64,000 nt of DNA from a virus (Duplodnaviria > Heunggongvirae > Uroviricota > Caudoviricetes), in IMG/VR virus record IMGVR_UViG_3300033066_001266, positions 22,423-86,422 of that record; one strand, written 5' to 3'. Shown here in pieces: positions 45,872-55,318 of the stretch. The position numbers and the translations under genes were made by a program. Each line of letters starts with the position of its first letter. The first letter of the stretch is position 1. A model generated the notes under the pieces. It was given only the letters and a program-made list of their open reading frames with translations. It did no database searches and was not told where the DNA came from.

Positions 45872-46401
45872 TGGTTGATAAAATACTAAATTTTTTACTT
45901 AATTTTTTAGAATTAGCTCTTCCATTTGTAGTAATTTTACAATATGAAGAGGCAGTATTATACCGTTGCGGTAAATTTAGAAAAACTTTAAAAGGAGGTT
46001 TTTATCTAAAAATTCCTTTCTTAGATAGTTTTCACAAGGATATTGTTACAGTTGATACAATGAAAATTGAAGATGTAACAATAACCACATTAGATAGCAA
46101 AACAGCAACCATAGGAGCTGAATTTGATGTTGTAATATCTGATATAGTAAAAGCCCTAAACGATACTCACGAATGGAAAAGTAATTTACAAGACATATCT
46201 AGAGGTATACTTTCTAATGAATTAGAAGATATAAATTGGGATGAAATAAGAAAAAAGACTACAAAGAATGCAATTGAAAAAAAAATATATAAAAGAGGAC
46301 TTGAAATGGGAGTTACAATAAGTAATTTTAATTTTACAGATAAATCTATTAGCAGAGCATTCAAATTATTTGGTGCAGCTGATAAAACACCAAGTATTTA
46401 A
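45871..46401 (+). CDS. SPFH/band-7 (HflK/prohibitin-like) domain protein
   Basis: N-terminal TM segment, then ILQYEEAVLYRCGKF...GGFYLKIPFLDSF...VDTM matches the SPFH N-terminal pattern. Confidence 0.5.
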   Translation: MVDKILNFLLNFLELALPFVVILQYEEAVLYRCGKFRKTLKGGFYLKIPFLDSFHKDIVTVDTMKIEDVTITTLDSKTATIGAEFDVVISDIVKALNDTHEWKSNLQDISRGILSNELEDINWDEIRKKTTKNAIEKKIYKRGLEMGVTISNFNFTDKSISRAFKLFGAADKTPSI

Positions 46402-49400
46402 TGAAGCAAGCTACAAATATAATTCAAAATAATATAATAAAAGGTATTCAAAATGATTTGAATGATACTCTAACTAATGAGCAAATATTGACTCATCATA
46501 GAAATGGTATGTTTCAAACTCACAATGGAGATATTGTATTTGCTAATTGTGAACCTGCCACATTAAAATGTATTGATTTACCATATAAATACAATGGACA
46601 TATAAAGCTAAAAAATGAAAAATTTTTAGTTTTTTCATCTGATAACACAAATTCTGAAATAGGTATAGCAAACACTTTAAATTGTACTTATACAACACTT
46701 GCAAACAATCCTTGCTTGAAGTTCAATAACTTTTATACAATTACAGGATTTGTAAGAATAAATGCAGATGGTGAAGAAGAAGTTATATTTGTAGATGGCT
46801 TAAATCCAGATAGAATAATAAACTTATCTAATATTCCACATACTTATACTATAGATACTTCCACAGATTGTGAAGTAAAAGTGTTTAGTAATACGTTAGA
46901 TTGTGATGAATTAAAATTAAATCCTAAAATTACCATACCTTGTATATCAGTAGATAAGAAAAACCAAGGTAACTTACCTAATGGCATGTATTCTGTAGCA
47001 ATTGCTTATTTAATAGATAGTGTAAAATTTACAGATTACTATGGTTTGACTACGCCTATTTTTATAAATAAAGATGCTGGAGATAGTTCTTTGTCTGTTT
47101 CTATATCTAATTTAGATAGAAACTTTGATGAATATCAAGTTATCTTAGTAGGTACTGTAAATGGAGTAACAACTAATAAAATAATAGGTAAATTTCCAAC
47201 TTCTCAAAATTCGATAATTATATCTGATTGGATAAATGAGAATTATCAGGATGGTGTATCTCCTACTGAATTAACAGTATATAAAAAAATATATGATAGT
47301 ACAGGTTTATTAGCAGCTAATTCTCAATATTTAATGAGAGCTGATATCAAGAGAAAGCCTAAAATTAATTATCAACCTCAAGCTTTTAATATAAAAGCAC
47401 AATATGTTGTATATCAAGCCCCTATCTCTTATTATAAAGAAAATGGAGAAAATATAGGTTATTGGAGAGATGAAAATTATAATTTTGTCATAAGACATTA
47501 TTGGGATGATGGTGAACCTACAGATCATGCTCAAATAGCAGGTCCCCTTCCTACTGATAATGATATGGGAATTGCTACAGGTGAAGATGTATTTGAAATA
47601 AATGATACAGAAATTTGTGAAGAAAATGAAGCGTTAAGAAATTGGCAAGTATTTAACAGTGCGGGAGAATTACAAGGAGTTACAAATGATTTTAAATGTA
47701 ATGTTAGAATTATAGGCTATGGTGATATGGGGTATAATGCCTCAACTGATAATTATCCAAATAATACTGAAATTTTTGGTGATCGTGCCTGTACCCCAAT
47801 AGTTAATATGAGATTTCCTGATGAATGTAAAGTACCTAGATACAGCATTATTAATGGTGAAACTTATATTAATATACTTGGTATAAAATTTTCTAATATA
47901 GAAAGACCTAAAGATAGTGATGGAAAGATAATTTCTGGTATTGTAGGTTATGAGATATTAAGAAGTGAAAGAGATGAGGCTAATAAGACAGTAAAATCCA
48001 GAGGTATATTTACAAATATGCAAGGATATACTGATGTTAATAATAGACAAAATCTTTTATCTAATTTTCCATTTAATTCTTTGGAACCAAACACTTTTCT
48101 TTCAAAGAAGCAAACATATAGAAAAAATAATAAGGAATATAATTTTGAACCATTAGATAAATTTTATGATGATAAATTCACATATTATACTCCTAATGGA
48201 AATTATTTTGGAAGAGAAAGATTAGCAAGTTTTTTCCAAATAGAAACAGAAGAATATGGTGTTGCAGATGGCTTTTTTGAAAAAGTTTTTAATCATCCTG
48301 AACATAAATTACTTACTAATTTTTCTTATTGGACAGCTACTTTACTAGGAGCAATTCAAGCATTTCTTGAAATGAATGGTAAAGTTTGTGTTACCAAACA
48401 AACAACTAACCTTACTGCTACAGGAACTTTATCTGGAGTTATAAAAAATACTCCGGGATCAGTAGCTTTAGGAGATAATAAACTTTACCAAGAGTGTGAT
48501 TCTATTTGGAACAAGGCTACAACTACTTTTGAAGATATATCAAAACTTAAAAAACCAGGAAGAATATTATTAAAAGTTTTACAAGTTACTGCTAAAATAG
48601 CAGGATTTGCTTTAATAGCATCTCAACATGCTAAAATATGGCTTGATATAATTAAAAACTTTTCTGGATATACTCAATATGCCTATCAATATAATGGTAA
48701 GGTAAATTATACAAATCAAAAATGTATAACAAAAGGAAATAAAAGAAGAAATGTTTTAAGACAACCATTCTATTTAGATAATGGTATTCATACTATAGGA
48801 GATTTTAGTGTTAATAATGGTGGAAGAAACTCAGCTGTTCTTGTAGAGTTTAAAAATCCTATTAAATTTCCGACAGTAAAAGACACAACTAGAAGAAATA
48901 TTTCTGAATATGGTATAATTGATACTCCTACAAGACCAGTAGCAGCCATATCATCTGCTTTTTATGTTACTAATAAACAAGCTAATCCAAATCAATATGG
49001 TACTATTGAGAATGTAAAACCAATTAAAATACACAATTGTATTAAGTATTATGATTTAAAAGATGAAGAATCTACTTATGATACTGGAGAATTATTTGGT
49101 GGAGATTGTGTAATTTATATGCAATCACATTTAAATAAGTTTCCTGTCTTCAGGCAAAATATAGCAAATGCTAATTATCCTCCAGGACAAGAGTATGATT
49201 ATAGAAATTATAACAATGCTGCTTACGCCAGATATTGGATGGATACAACAGAATTTAATATGGGTGGTTTATTCAATTTGCTTGGTAAGCAAACACCTAC
49301 TCTTGGAAAAATGCCTAATCATAAGTTTAACTTGGATGGCAATAAACCAGGTAGTGCAGATTGGATAGTTGAGAATCAATTTATGTATCTTTATGTTAAT

Positions 49401-51023
49401 GGAGTTATAAATTATATTGCAGAAGCAGACTATAATATAGCTTTTAGAGAAACAAGACAAGAAGGTGAAGGAAATAATTTATATCAACCACACTATTCAG
49501 AAAATCAAACTGATTTATCTTATATATTTAGAAGCGATCTTCAAGTTAAACCTGAGAATTTTTCTTTAGATAACTCTTATAAATTTTTAGTTCAAAACCA
49601 AGTGTTTTCTGAACAATTAGTAGAATTACCTAAGGGACCAGTAAGAGAGAAAAATAGTATTTCATATTCTCTACCATCTTACAATACCCAAGGCTTTAAT
49701 AATTGGAGATATTTTCTTCCAAATAATTATTTTTCTTTTGATGAAAGAGATTATGGCACTCTTACAGGAATACATCCTTTAGATCAAGATAGAGTAGTTT
49801 TCTTATTTTCAGCTGCCTCTCCATTTATTTCTATGGGGAGAGATCAACTTCAAACCTTAAATGGTAGAAATGTAACTATCGGAGATGGTGGATTATTTGC
49901 ACAGATGCCTAGAGAAATGATGCATACACACGTAGCATATGGCTCTAATCATGATAAAATTGCTTTTAGTTCTACTCAATTCGGACATTTCTATGTTTCT
50001 AGAAAACAAGGTAAAATATTTAATCTTTCAGATCAATTAAATGAAGTTTCCAGAGAAGGTTTACATAAATGGTGTGCTAAATTTATGCCACTATATATGG
50101 AGAAAGATTTTCCAGATTATCCACATCTAGATAATCCAGCCACAGGAGTTGGATACTTAATAGCTTTTGATAATGTCTACGAAACAATATACATTTCAAA
50201 AAGAGATTATACTGTAAGAAATAGATATAAAGCAGATATAACTTATGATGTAGAAAGTAATAAATTCTTATACAAAGGTTTAGAAATATTGTTAAGCGAT
50301 AGAGTTTATTTTGAAGATGCTTCATGGACTTTATCTTACAATTGTCCAAACAAGGTTTTTCAATCGTGGCATGATTGGAAACCAGATGGTATAATCCAAG
50401 AAGAAAGACATTTCATTTCAATCAAAGATAATGCTCTTTGGAAACACAATGAAAGATGTGATTTATTTTGTAATTATTACGATGTAGATTATCCGTATGA
50501 AATTGAGTTTGGAGTATCAACACAATCTGTTGTTCACATACTTCAATCAATTGAATATGAACAAGAAGCTTACGAATATAGAAATGACTGCAGAGATAAA
50601 TATCATAATTTCAGTGAAACATTTACCCACGGAATAATATACAATACTGAAGGTACATCTGGCTTATTAGAATTTGTAGATACTACAAATACAAAATATA
50701 CTCACTATAATTTACCTCAATTTATAAGTAATAATTATTCTAAAATCCCTCTTGTAAAAGTGGAGAATAAATTCAGATTTAACGAATTTAGAGATTATAC
50801 AGCAGATAGAGGTAGAAGTGGCTTTAATCAAAGACATATATTTAATCTTAGAGCTAATGGCTACGAAAGATTTTTAAATCCACCTAACATAGATTTTAAT
50901 CAGAACTATACTCCTAGATTAAGACATTACTTCAATAAAGTGTGGTTATCAAAAAATATAGTTGGTAAGACAAATTTATTAACAAAATTTGCTAATACTA
51001 AGTTACAAATCAGCTCACGTTAA
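46401..51023 (+). CDS. giant virion/structural protein (1540 aa)
   Basis: Uninterrupted ORF in a late operon; no recognisable catalytic motif. Confidence 0.5.
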   Translation: MKQATNIIQNNIIKGIQNDLNDTLTNEQILTHHRNGMFQTHNGDIVFANCEPATLKCIDLPYKYNGHIKLKNEKFLVFSSDNTNSEIGIANTLNCTYTTLANNPCLKFNNFYTITGFVRINADGEEEVIFVDGLNPDRIINLSNIPHTYTIDTSTDCEVKVFSNTLDCDELKLNPKITIPCISVDKKNQGNLPNGMYSVAIAYLIDSVKFTDYYGLTTPIFINKDAGDSSLSVSISNLDRNFDEYQVILVGTVNGVTTNKIIGKFPTSQNSIIISDWINENYQDGVSPTELTVYKKIYDSTGLLAANSQYLMRADIKRKPKINYQPQAFNIKAQYVVYQAPISYYKENGENIGYWRDENYNFVIRHYWDDGEPTDHAQIAGPLPTDNDMGIATGEDVFEINDTEICEENEALRNWQVFNSAGELQGVTNDFKCNVRIIGYGDMGYNASTDNYPNNTEIFGDRACTPIVNMRFPDECKVPRYSIINGETYINILGIKFSNIERPKDSDGKIISGIVGYEILRSERDEANKTVKSRGIFTNMQGYTDVNNRQNLLSNFPFNSLEPNTFLSKKQTYRKNNKEYNFEPLDKFYDDKFTYYTPNGNYFGRERLASFFQIETEEYGVADGFFEKVFNHPEHKLLTNFSYWTATLLGAIQAFLEMNGKVCVTKQTTNLTATGTLSGVIKNTPGSVALGDNKLYQECDSIWNKATTTFEDISKLKKPGRILLKVLQVTAKIAGFALIASQHAKIWLDIIKNFSGYTQYAYQYNGKVNYTNQKCITKGNKRRNVLRQPFYLDNGIHTIGDFSVNNGGRNSAVLVEFKNPIKFPTVKDTTRRNISEYGIIDTPTRPVAAISSAFYVTNKQANPNQYGTIENVKPIKIHNCIKYYDLKDEESTYDTGELFGGDCVIYMQSHLNKFPVFRQNIANANYPPGQEYDYRNYNNAAYARYWMDTTEFNMGGLFNLLGKQTPTLGKMPNHKFNLDGNKPGSADWIVENQFMYLYVNGVINYIAEADYNIAFRETRQEGEGNNLYQPHYSENQTDLSYIFRSDLQVKPENFSLDNSYKFLVQNQVFSEQLVELPKGPVREKNSISYSLPSYNTQGFNNWRYFLPNNYFSFDERDYGTLTGIHPLDQDRVVFLFSAASPFISMGRDQLQTLNGRNVTIGDGGLFAQMPREMMHTHVAYGSNHDKIAFSSTQFGHFYVSRKQGKIFNLSDQLNEVSREGLHKWCAKFMPLYMEKDFPDYPHLDNPATGVGYLIAFDNVYETIYISKRDYTVRNRYKADITYDVESNKFLYKGLEILLSDRVYFEDASWTLSYNCPNKVFQSWHDWKPDGIIQEERHFISIKDNALWKHNERCDLFCNYYDVDYPYEIEFGVSTQSVVHILQSIEYEQEAYEYRNDCRDKYHNFSETFTHGIIYNTEGTSGLLEFVDTTNTKYTHYNLPQFISNNYSKIPLVKVENKFRFNEFRDYTADRGRSGFNQRHIFNLRANGYERFLNPPNIDFNQNYTPRLRHYFNKVWLSKNIVGKTNLLTKFANTKLQISSR

Positions 51024-51033
51024 AATATATAAA

Positions 51034-51279
51034 ATGTACAATACAAAAAGTTATTATCAGGAAGGTGGAGAACAGCAAGGTCAAGATCCTAATCAAGAAC
51101 AACAAGTAATGCAGCAAATAATGCAAGTTTTTCAACAATTGTCTCCTGAATCACAACAACAACTTCTTCAGGCATTATCGCAAATGATGCAAGGAGGGCA
51201 ACAAGCTCCACAAGGAGAAATGATGAAAATGGGTGGAGTAAGGCCACGTAAAACTAATCAAGCTCAAATGTACAGATAA
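51034..51279 (+). CDS. Gln-rich small protein
   Basis: ORF-track start 50989 overlaps the upstream gene, so start moved to ATG 51034; Q-rich low complexity. Confidence 0.35.
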   Translation: MYNTKSYYQEGGEQQGQDPNQEQQVMQQIMQVFQQLSPESQQQLLQALSQMMQGGQQAPQGEMMKMGGVRPRKTNQAQMYR

Positions 51280-53399
51280 TGAATACAACAGGTTATTTAA
51301 ATAATAGTCCACATAGATTCAATAAAGTAAATCAAATTCCCGGTGGGAATATTACTATGAATCAGGTAGATATACCGCTTATACTCAGACCTAATAAAGG
51401 TAGGAGTATAATTGCTATGCCTAATTCAGGAGAATATAAATTTCCAAAAGCTGATTTTGTAACAGAAACTCCACTGGCTAATTATCAAATGGGTGGTACT
51501 AATGATTGTCCAGATGGTTATCAATGGAGTGTAGCAGATCAACAATGTCTTCCAATGGATCAAGTGCAAATGTCTAATTTTACAGGTAATAGGAACAGTT
51601 TCATAACAGGAGCTATAAATCCATCAGGACAAAGAGTTGGCGGAACAGGCGCTCAAAGTTATGCTCAACAAAGTTCTTCTTTAGATGAAAATCAACAACC
51701 AGAATTAAAAAGAATGTTTGGTACTCCAAATATTCCAGCTATTGTAGGTTCAAACTTATTAGCTTTTGGATTATCAACTGTTGCTAACAATATAGAACAA
51801 GGTAAACAAAAAGCATTTATGTTGAAAAACATGAACAATCCGCTTTTTAACGGTAGTTATTCAAATGCCCAAAATGATTATGGAACCGATCCTTACGAAC
51901 AAACAGGTCAATTAAGACCAACTTATCAGAAAGGTGGTAGGACTCCAATTACAGTTACCAATCCTAATGACCCTCGTTTAAAGGCTTATAATGATAGTTT
52001 GAGTTTATATAATGGTAATTTAGCAATGAATAATATTCATAGTTCACAAGATGAAATTAAATTTACTAATTCAAAACTTTTTAAAGATTACCAAAAGGCT
52101 TATAATAATTATCAAAAAAAGAATAATTATATAGGAGAAGGTAATAATAATTTTAAAAAACCAGTACAACCAGTAGTATATCAGAAACCAAGTTTAGGAT
52201 TTTTAGGAAAAGGAGCTGATAAAAAGTCAAACGATGTTTTTGATATAGAAGGTTATAATAAAAAGTATCCACCTATTTATGTGACAGACCCAAAAGACCC
52301 AAGAATCAGTGGATATGCTGAAGCTGGAAATCAATATCTTTATAAACAACCAAAACCAGTTGAAAGAGTATTAAATAAAGTAGAAGGAAAAGCTAAATAT
52401 ACAATCCCTACTATAACAACAGGGCAACCAACAGCACAAGCACCCAATTTTCAACAAGCTGGATTTGATAATACTAAAGTCAGTCCTTATAGTTATACAG
52501 ATGCAAATGGTAAATACTTAGAACAAAATACCACTTATTTTCCTGATGAGCAATCACTTAGAAAATTTGCAGAAGCCAATAAAACGTTGAGTATTCAAAG
52601 TTCGGCAAAAGGAGCTACAGCAACAGGGTATATAAAAGAGTATCAGAAAGGTGGTAGCTTTAATCCTATTGATTATTTGTATGGTGATGATGAAGAAAAT
52701 TCTGAAAAACAATTACAAGAAGCTAACAAAAAAGCTAAGCAACCTCGTATAACAGAAGAAGATATAGATAATACAGATGATCAATTAGCTAATGATATTT
52801 TAAATATGACTTCTTCTGTAAGAAGTAGAAATAATTTTTATGATAACTCAGGTAATAGTAATTATGCATTAATGTATCTTAAACATCAACAAGGTGCTGC
52901 TGGCATAAATGCAATTAAAAAAGCAGCTGATGAGGGATTAGAGGAAGTTCCCAGAAATTGGAATAAAGAAAATATTCAAGCCAACATGGAAAATAATGTT
53001 GGTAAAGATTTTAAGGGAAAAGTAACTCCTGCTTCTTTTATAGATTATTGGTCAGGTAAATTTAACAGACATATGCAAACAGCTTCTAAAAAGCAAACTC
53101 CATATGATAATGTATTTCAACAAGTTGGAGAAGAAGAGGGCGTAAACCCACTATTTCTTAAAACAGTTGCTAATATAGAAAGTGGTATAAATCCTAATAA
53201 CAATACTAAATCAAAATATAAAGGATTATTTGCCATGAATTCTAAAACATTTAATGGAAATGTATTTAACCCTTATCAAAATACAAAAGCAGCTGCCCAA
53301 AACTTTAAAAGATTTGAACAAGGTGGAGAATTTATAATTGATTTCAATACTATGAGACAATTAAAAGAGAAAGGTATAAAATTTAAAATAATAGAATAA
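51279..53399 (+). CDS. virion-associated protein with C-terminal lytic transglycosylase (SLT-like) motif
   Basis: VANIESGINP...SKYKGLFAM resembles the SLT ES...S..GLMQ core. Confidence 0.45.
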   Translation: MNTTGYLNNSPHRFNKVNQIPGGNITMNQVDIPLILRPNKGRSIIAMPNSGEYKFPKADFVTETPLANYQMGGTNDCPDGYQWSVADQQCLPMDQVQMSNFTGNRNSFITGAINPSGQRVGGTGAQSYAQQSSSLDENQQPELKRMFGTPNIPAIVGSNLLAFGLSTVANNIEQGKQKAFMLKNMNNPLFNGSYSNAQNDYGTDPYEQTGQLRPTYQKGGRTPITVTNPNDPRLKAYNDSLSLYNGNLAMNNIHSSQDEIKFTNSKLFKDYQKAYNNYQKKNNYIGEGNNNFKKPVQPVVYQKPSLGFLGKGADKKSNDVFDIEGYNKKYPPIYVTDPKDPRISGYAEAGNQYLYKQPKPVERVLNKVEGKAKYTIPTITTGQPTAQAPNFQQAGFDNTKVSPYSYTDANGKYLEQNTTYFPDEQSLRKFAEANKTLSIQSSAKGATATGYIKEYQKGGSFNPIDYLYGDDEENSEKQLQEANKKAKQPRITEEDIDNTDDQLANDILNMTSSVRSRNNFYDNSGNSNYALMYLKHQQGAAGINAIKKAADEGLEEVPRNWNKENIQANMENNVGKDFKGKVTPASFIDYWSGKFNRHMQTASKKQTPYDNVFQQVGEEEGVNPLFLKTVANIESGINPNNNTKSKYKGLFAMNSKTFNGNVFNPYQNTKAAAQNFKRFEQGGEFIIDFNTMRQLKEKGIKFKIIE

Positions 53400-55273
53400 T
53401 GGCATATAAAATATATGTAGAAAAACAAGGAACACCATATCCTTATGATACAAAACATTATAATGGTTCTTTACCAGAACTTCCAGAAGTTTCTACTAAA
53501 ATGAAACCTATAGAAGAAGATAATGCCAATGCAGAAATAGAAAAAGGAGAAATTATTCTTGATCCTGAGACTGGAGCTTTACATAAAGCGCTTGGCAAGC
53601 CACACTCAAAAGGAGGTACACCAGTATCATTAAAAGATGGTAGTTTTATATTTTCTAATTATAAAAATCTTGCCATTAAAAAAAATGAGAAAGAATTATT
53701 TGAATTTAAATTAGGTGGTAAATACAAACCTCAAGACAATACTCCTTCAAAAGTTCTTGAAAAAGAAGTAGATTTAGAACATCATAATAAGATGATTGAT
53801 ATACTTCAAAATGAAAAAAAACATACTGAAGAAACTGTTAATTCTGCAAAATTAATGATGCTTAAAAATCTTGAAAAAGTAGGTCAACTTGCTTTTTTAC
53901 AAGAAAGTAAAAAGAATTTACAAGCACCTGCTTTTGCTCAACAAACAGCTCCAGTATATTCTAAAGATACAGATGAACAAATTAATCAATCTATGCAATA
54001 TCTACAACAAGGTGGTAGAAAATTAACAGCGGAAGAAATTCTAAAAGCAGAAAAGAATAAGCTTAATGATATAACAGGATGGAACTTTCTATATAGAGAT
54101 GGTAGAAAATCCTATTATGATAAGCCAGGTTCTGTTCAAACTACAAGAACTAAACCTTCAGCAGCTGATGAAGCAGCTTATGCTAAATATCTTTCTACTG
54201 AAACTGCAGAACAAAGAATGAGAAGAAAGGCAAGAGAAGCTCAACAAAGTACTCCAGGACCTCTTGGTTATACTGCTGATTTACTTAGTAATTCTCAATT
54301 AGATTTAAAATTTCCAAAAATGGATAGTATGTCTCCTGCTGCTTCATTGATTGGCAGACCACCTACCCAACAATTAAATGGAAACCTTGCAGGAAATCCA
54401 CAAGAATTAGTTGATCCAACAACATATGATACTAAATTAACACCTTGGCAAAAAATAAATGTAGGAATTCCTTTTTATAGAGCGCTTAATATAAAAACAC
54501 AATATCCCTTGAGACAACATCAGGAAAGTGTTATTCCTCAAATGGAAAATATTAATGCTCAACCACAACTTGATCAAAATAATCAAGCATATTTCAATGC
54601 TGCCCAACAAACAAAAGGCTTAATTCCAGGTCAAGCAAGTGCTTATATGCAACAACTATTTGGTACAAGAATAGCAGCTAATAATCAGGCTATTGGAAAC
54701 GTACAAAATGCAAATGTCCAAACTCAAAACAATCAAAAAATAATGACTGCAAATACTTTAAATCAAGATGCTGTGCAAAACAGAGCATTTGATCTTAAGT
54801 ATTATGATCAGACACAAACTGCTATTAAAAATACAGATGAACTAAGACAAGCTTATACCCAACAAGGTATAAACAATCTTAATGAGACAATGACTAAAAA
54901 ACTTGCTTTTGACAGTTGGTTAAATACCCAACAACAATATAAAGGTAATCCTACCTATGTAGATAAAGATGGTATTCAACACTATCAAGGCCAAGCGCTT
55001 TATACACCTAAACCAGGATTTTGGGGTAATTCAATACAATATAATCCAGCTAATATAGATTGGAGTACTTATCAATCATCTACAGCTAATAGAGTAGACT
55101 CTGCTGAAGAATTAGGACAAGCTTATTTACAAGCTAAACAGTTTGATGAAACGCTTAAGTTTGCTGATTTCCTTAAATTTAAAGGTATTTCCAATTATAA
55201 TACAAAAGCAGCAAGTGCTACCCCCCCAACTTTCAAAGGTGGTGGTAAATACAGATCAAAAAAATCATGTTAA
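53399..55273 (+). CDS. hypothetical virion protein (Q/N-rich)
   Basis: 624-aa ORF, ATGA overlap with the upstream gene. Confidence 0.4.
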   Translation: MAYKIYVEKQGTPYPYDTKHYNGSLPELPEVSTKMKPIEEDNANAEIEKGEIILDPETGALHKALGKPHSKGGTPVSLKDGSFIFSNYKNLAIKKNEKELFEFKLGGKYKPQDNTPSKVLEKEVDLEHHNKMIDILQNEKKHTEETVNSAKLMMLKNLEKVGQLAFLQESKKNLQAPAFAQQTAPVYSKDTDEQINQSMQYLQQGGRKLTAEEILKAEKNKLNDITGWNFLYRDGRKSYYDKPGSVQTTRTKPSAADEAAYAKYLSTETAEQRMRRKAREAQQSTPGPLGYTADLLSNSQLDLKFPKMDSMSPAASLIGRPPTQQLNGNLAGNPQELVDPTTYDTKLTPWQKINVGIPFYRALNIKTQYPLRQHQESVIPQMENINAQPQLDQNNQAYFNAAQQTKGLIPGQASAYMQQLFGTRIAANNQAIGNVQNANVQTQNNQKIMTANTLNQDAVQNRAFDLKYYDQTQTAIKNTDELRQAYTQQGINNLNETMTKKLAFDSWLNTQQQYKGNPTYVDKDGIQHYQGQALYTPKPGFWGNSIQYNPANIDWSTYQSSTANRVDSAEELGQAYLQAKQFDETLKFADFLKFKGISNYNTKAASATPPTFKGGGKYRSKKSC

Positions 55274-55318
55274 TTTATATTTGAAAAGGTAAATTAAATA
55301 AACTAATTTCGTTATATT

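Noticed and set aside
46401-51023. Possibility that the 1540-aa protein is a crAss-like virion RNA polymerase
   Set aside because: No DxDGD/DFDGD double-psi beta-barrel catalytic motif was found by eye; IGDGG at ~49880 is not a match. Left as a generic giant virion protein.
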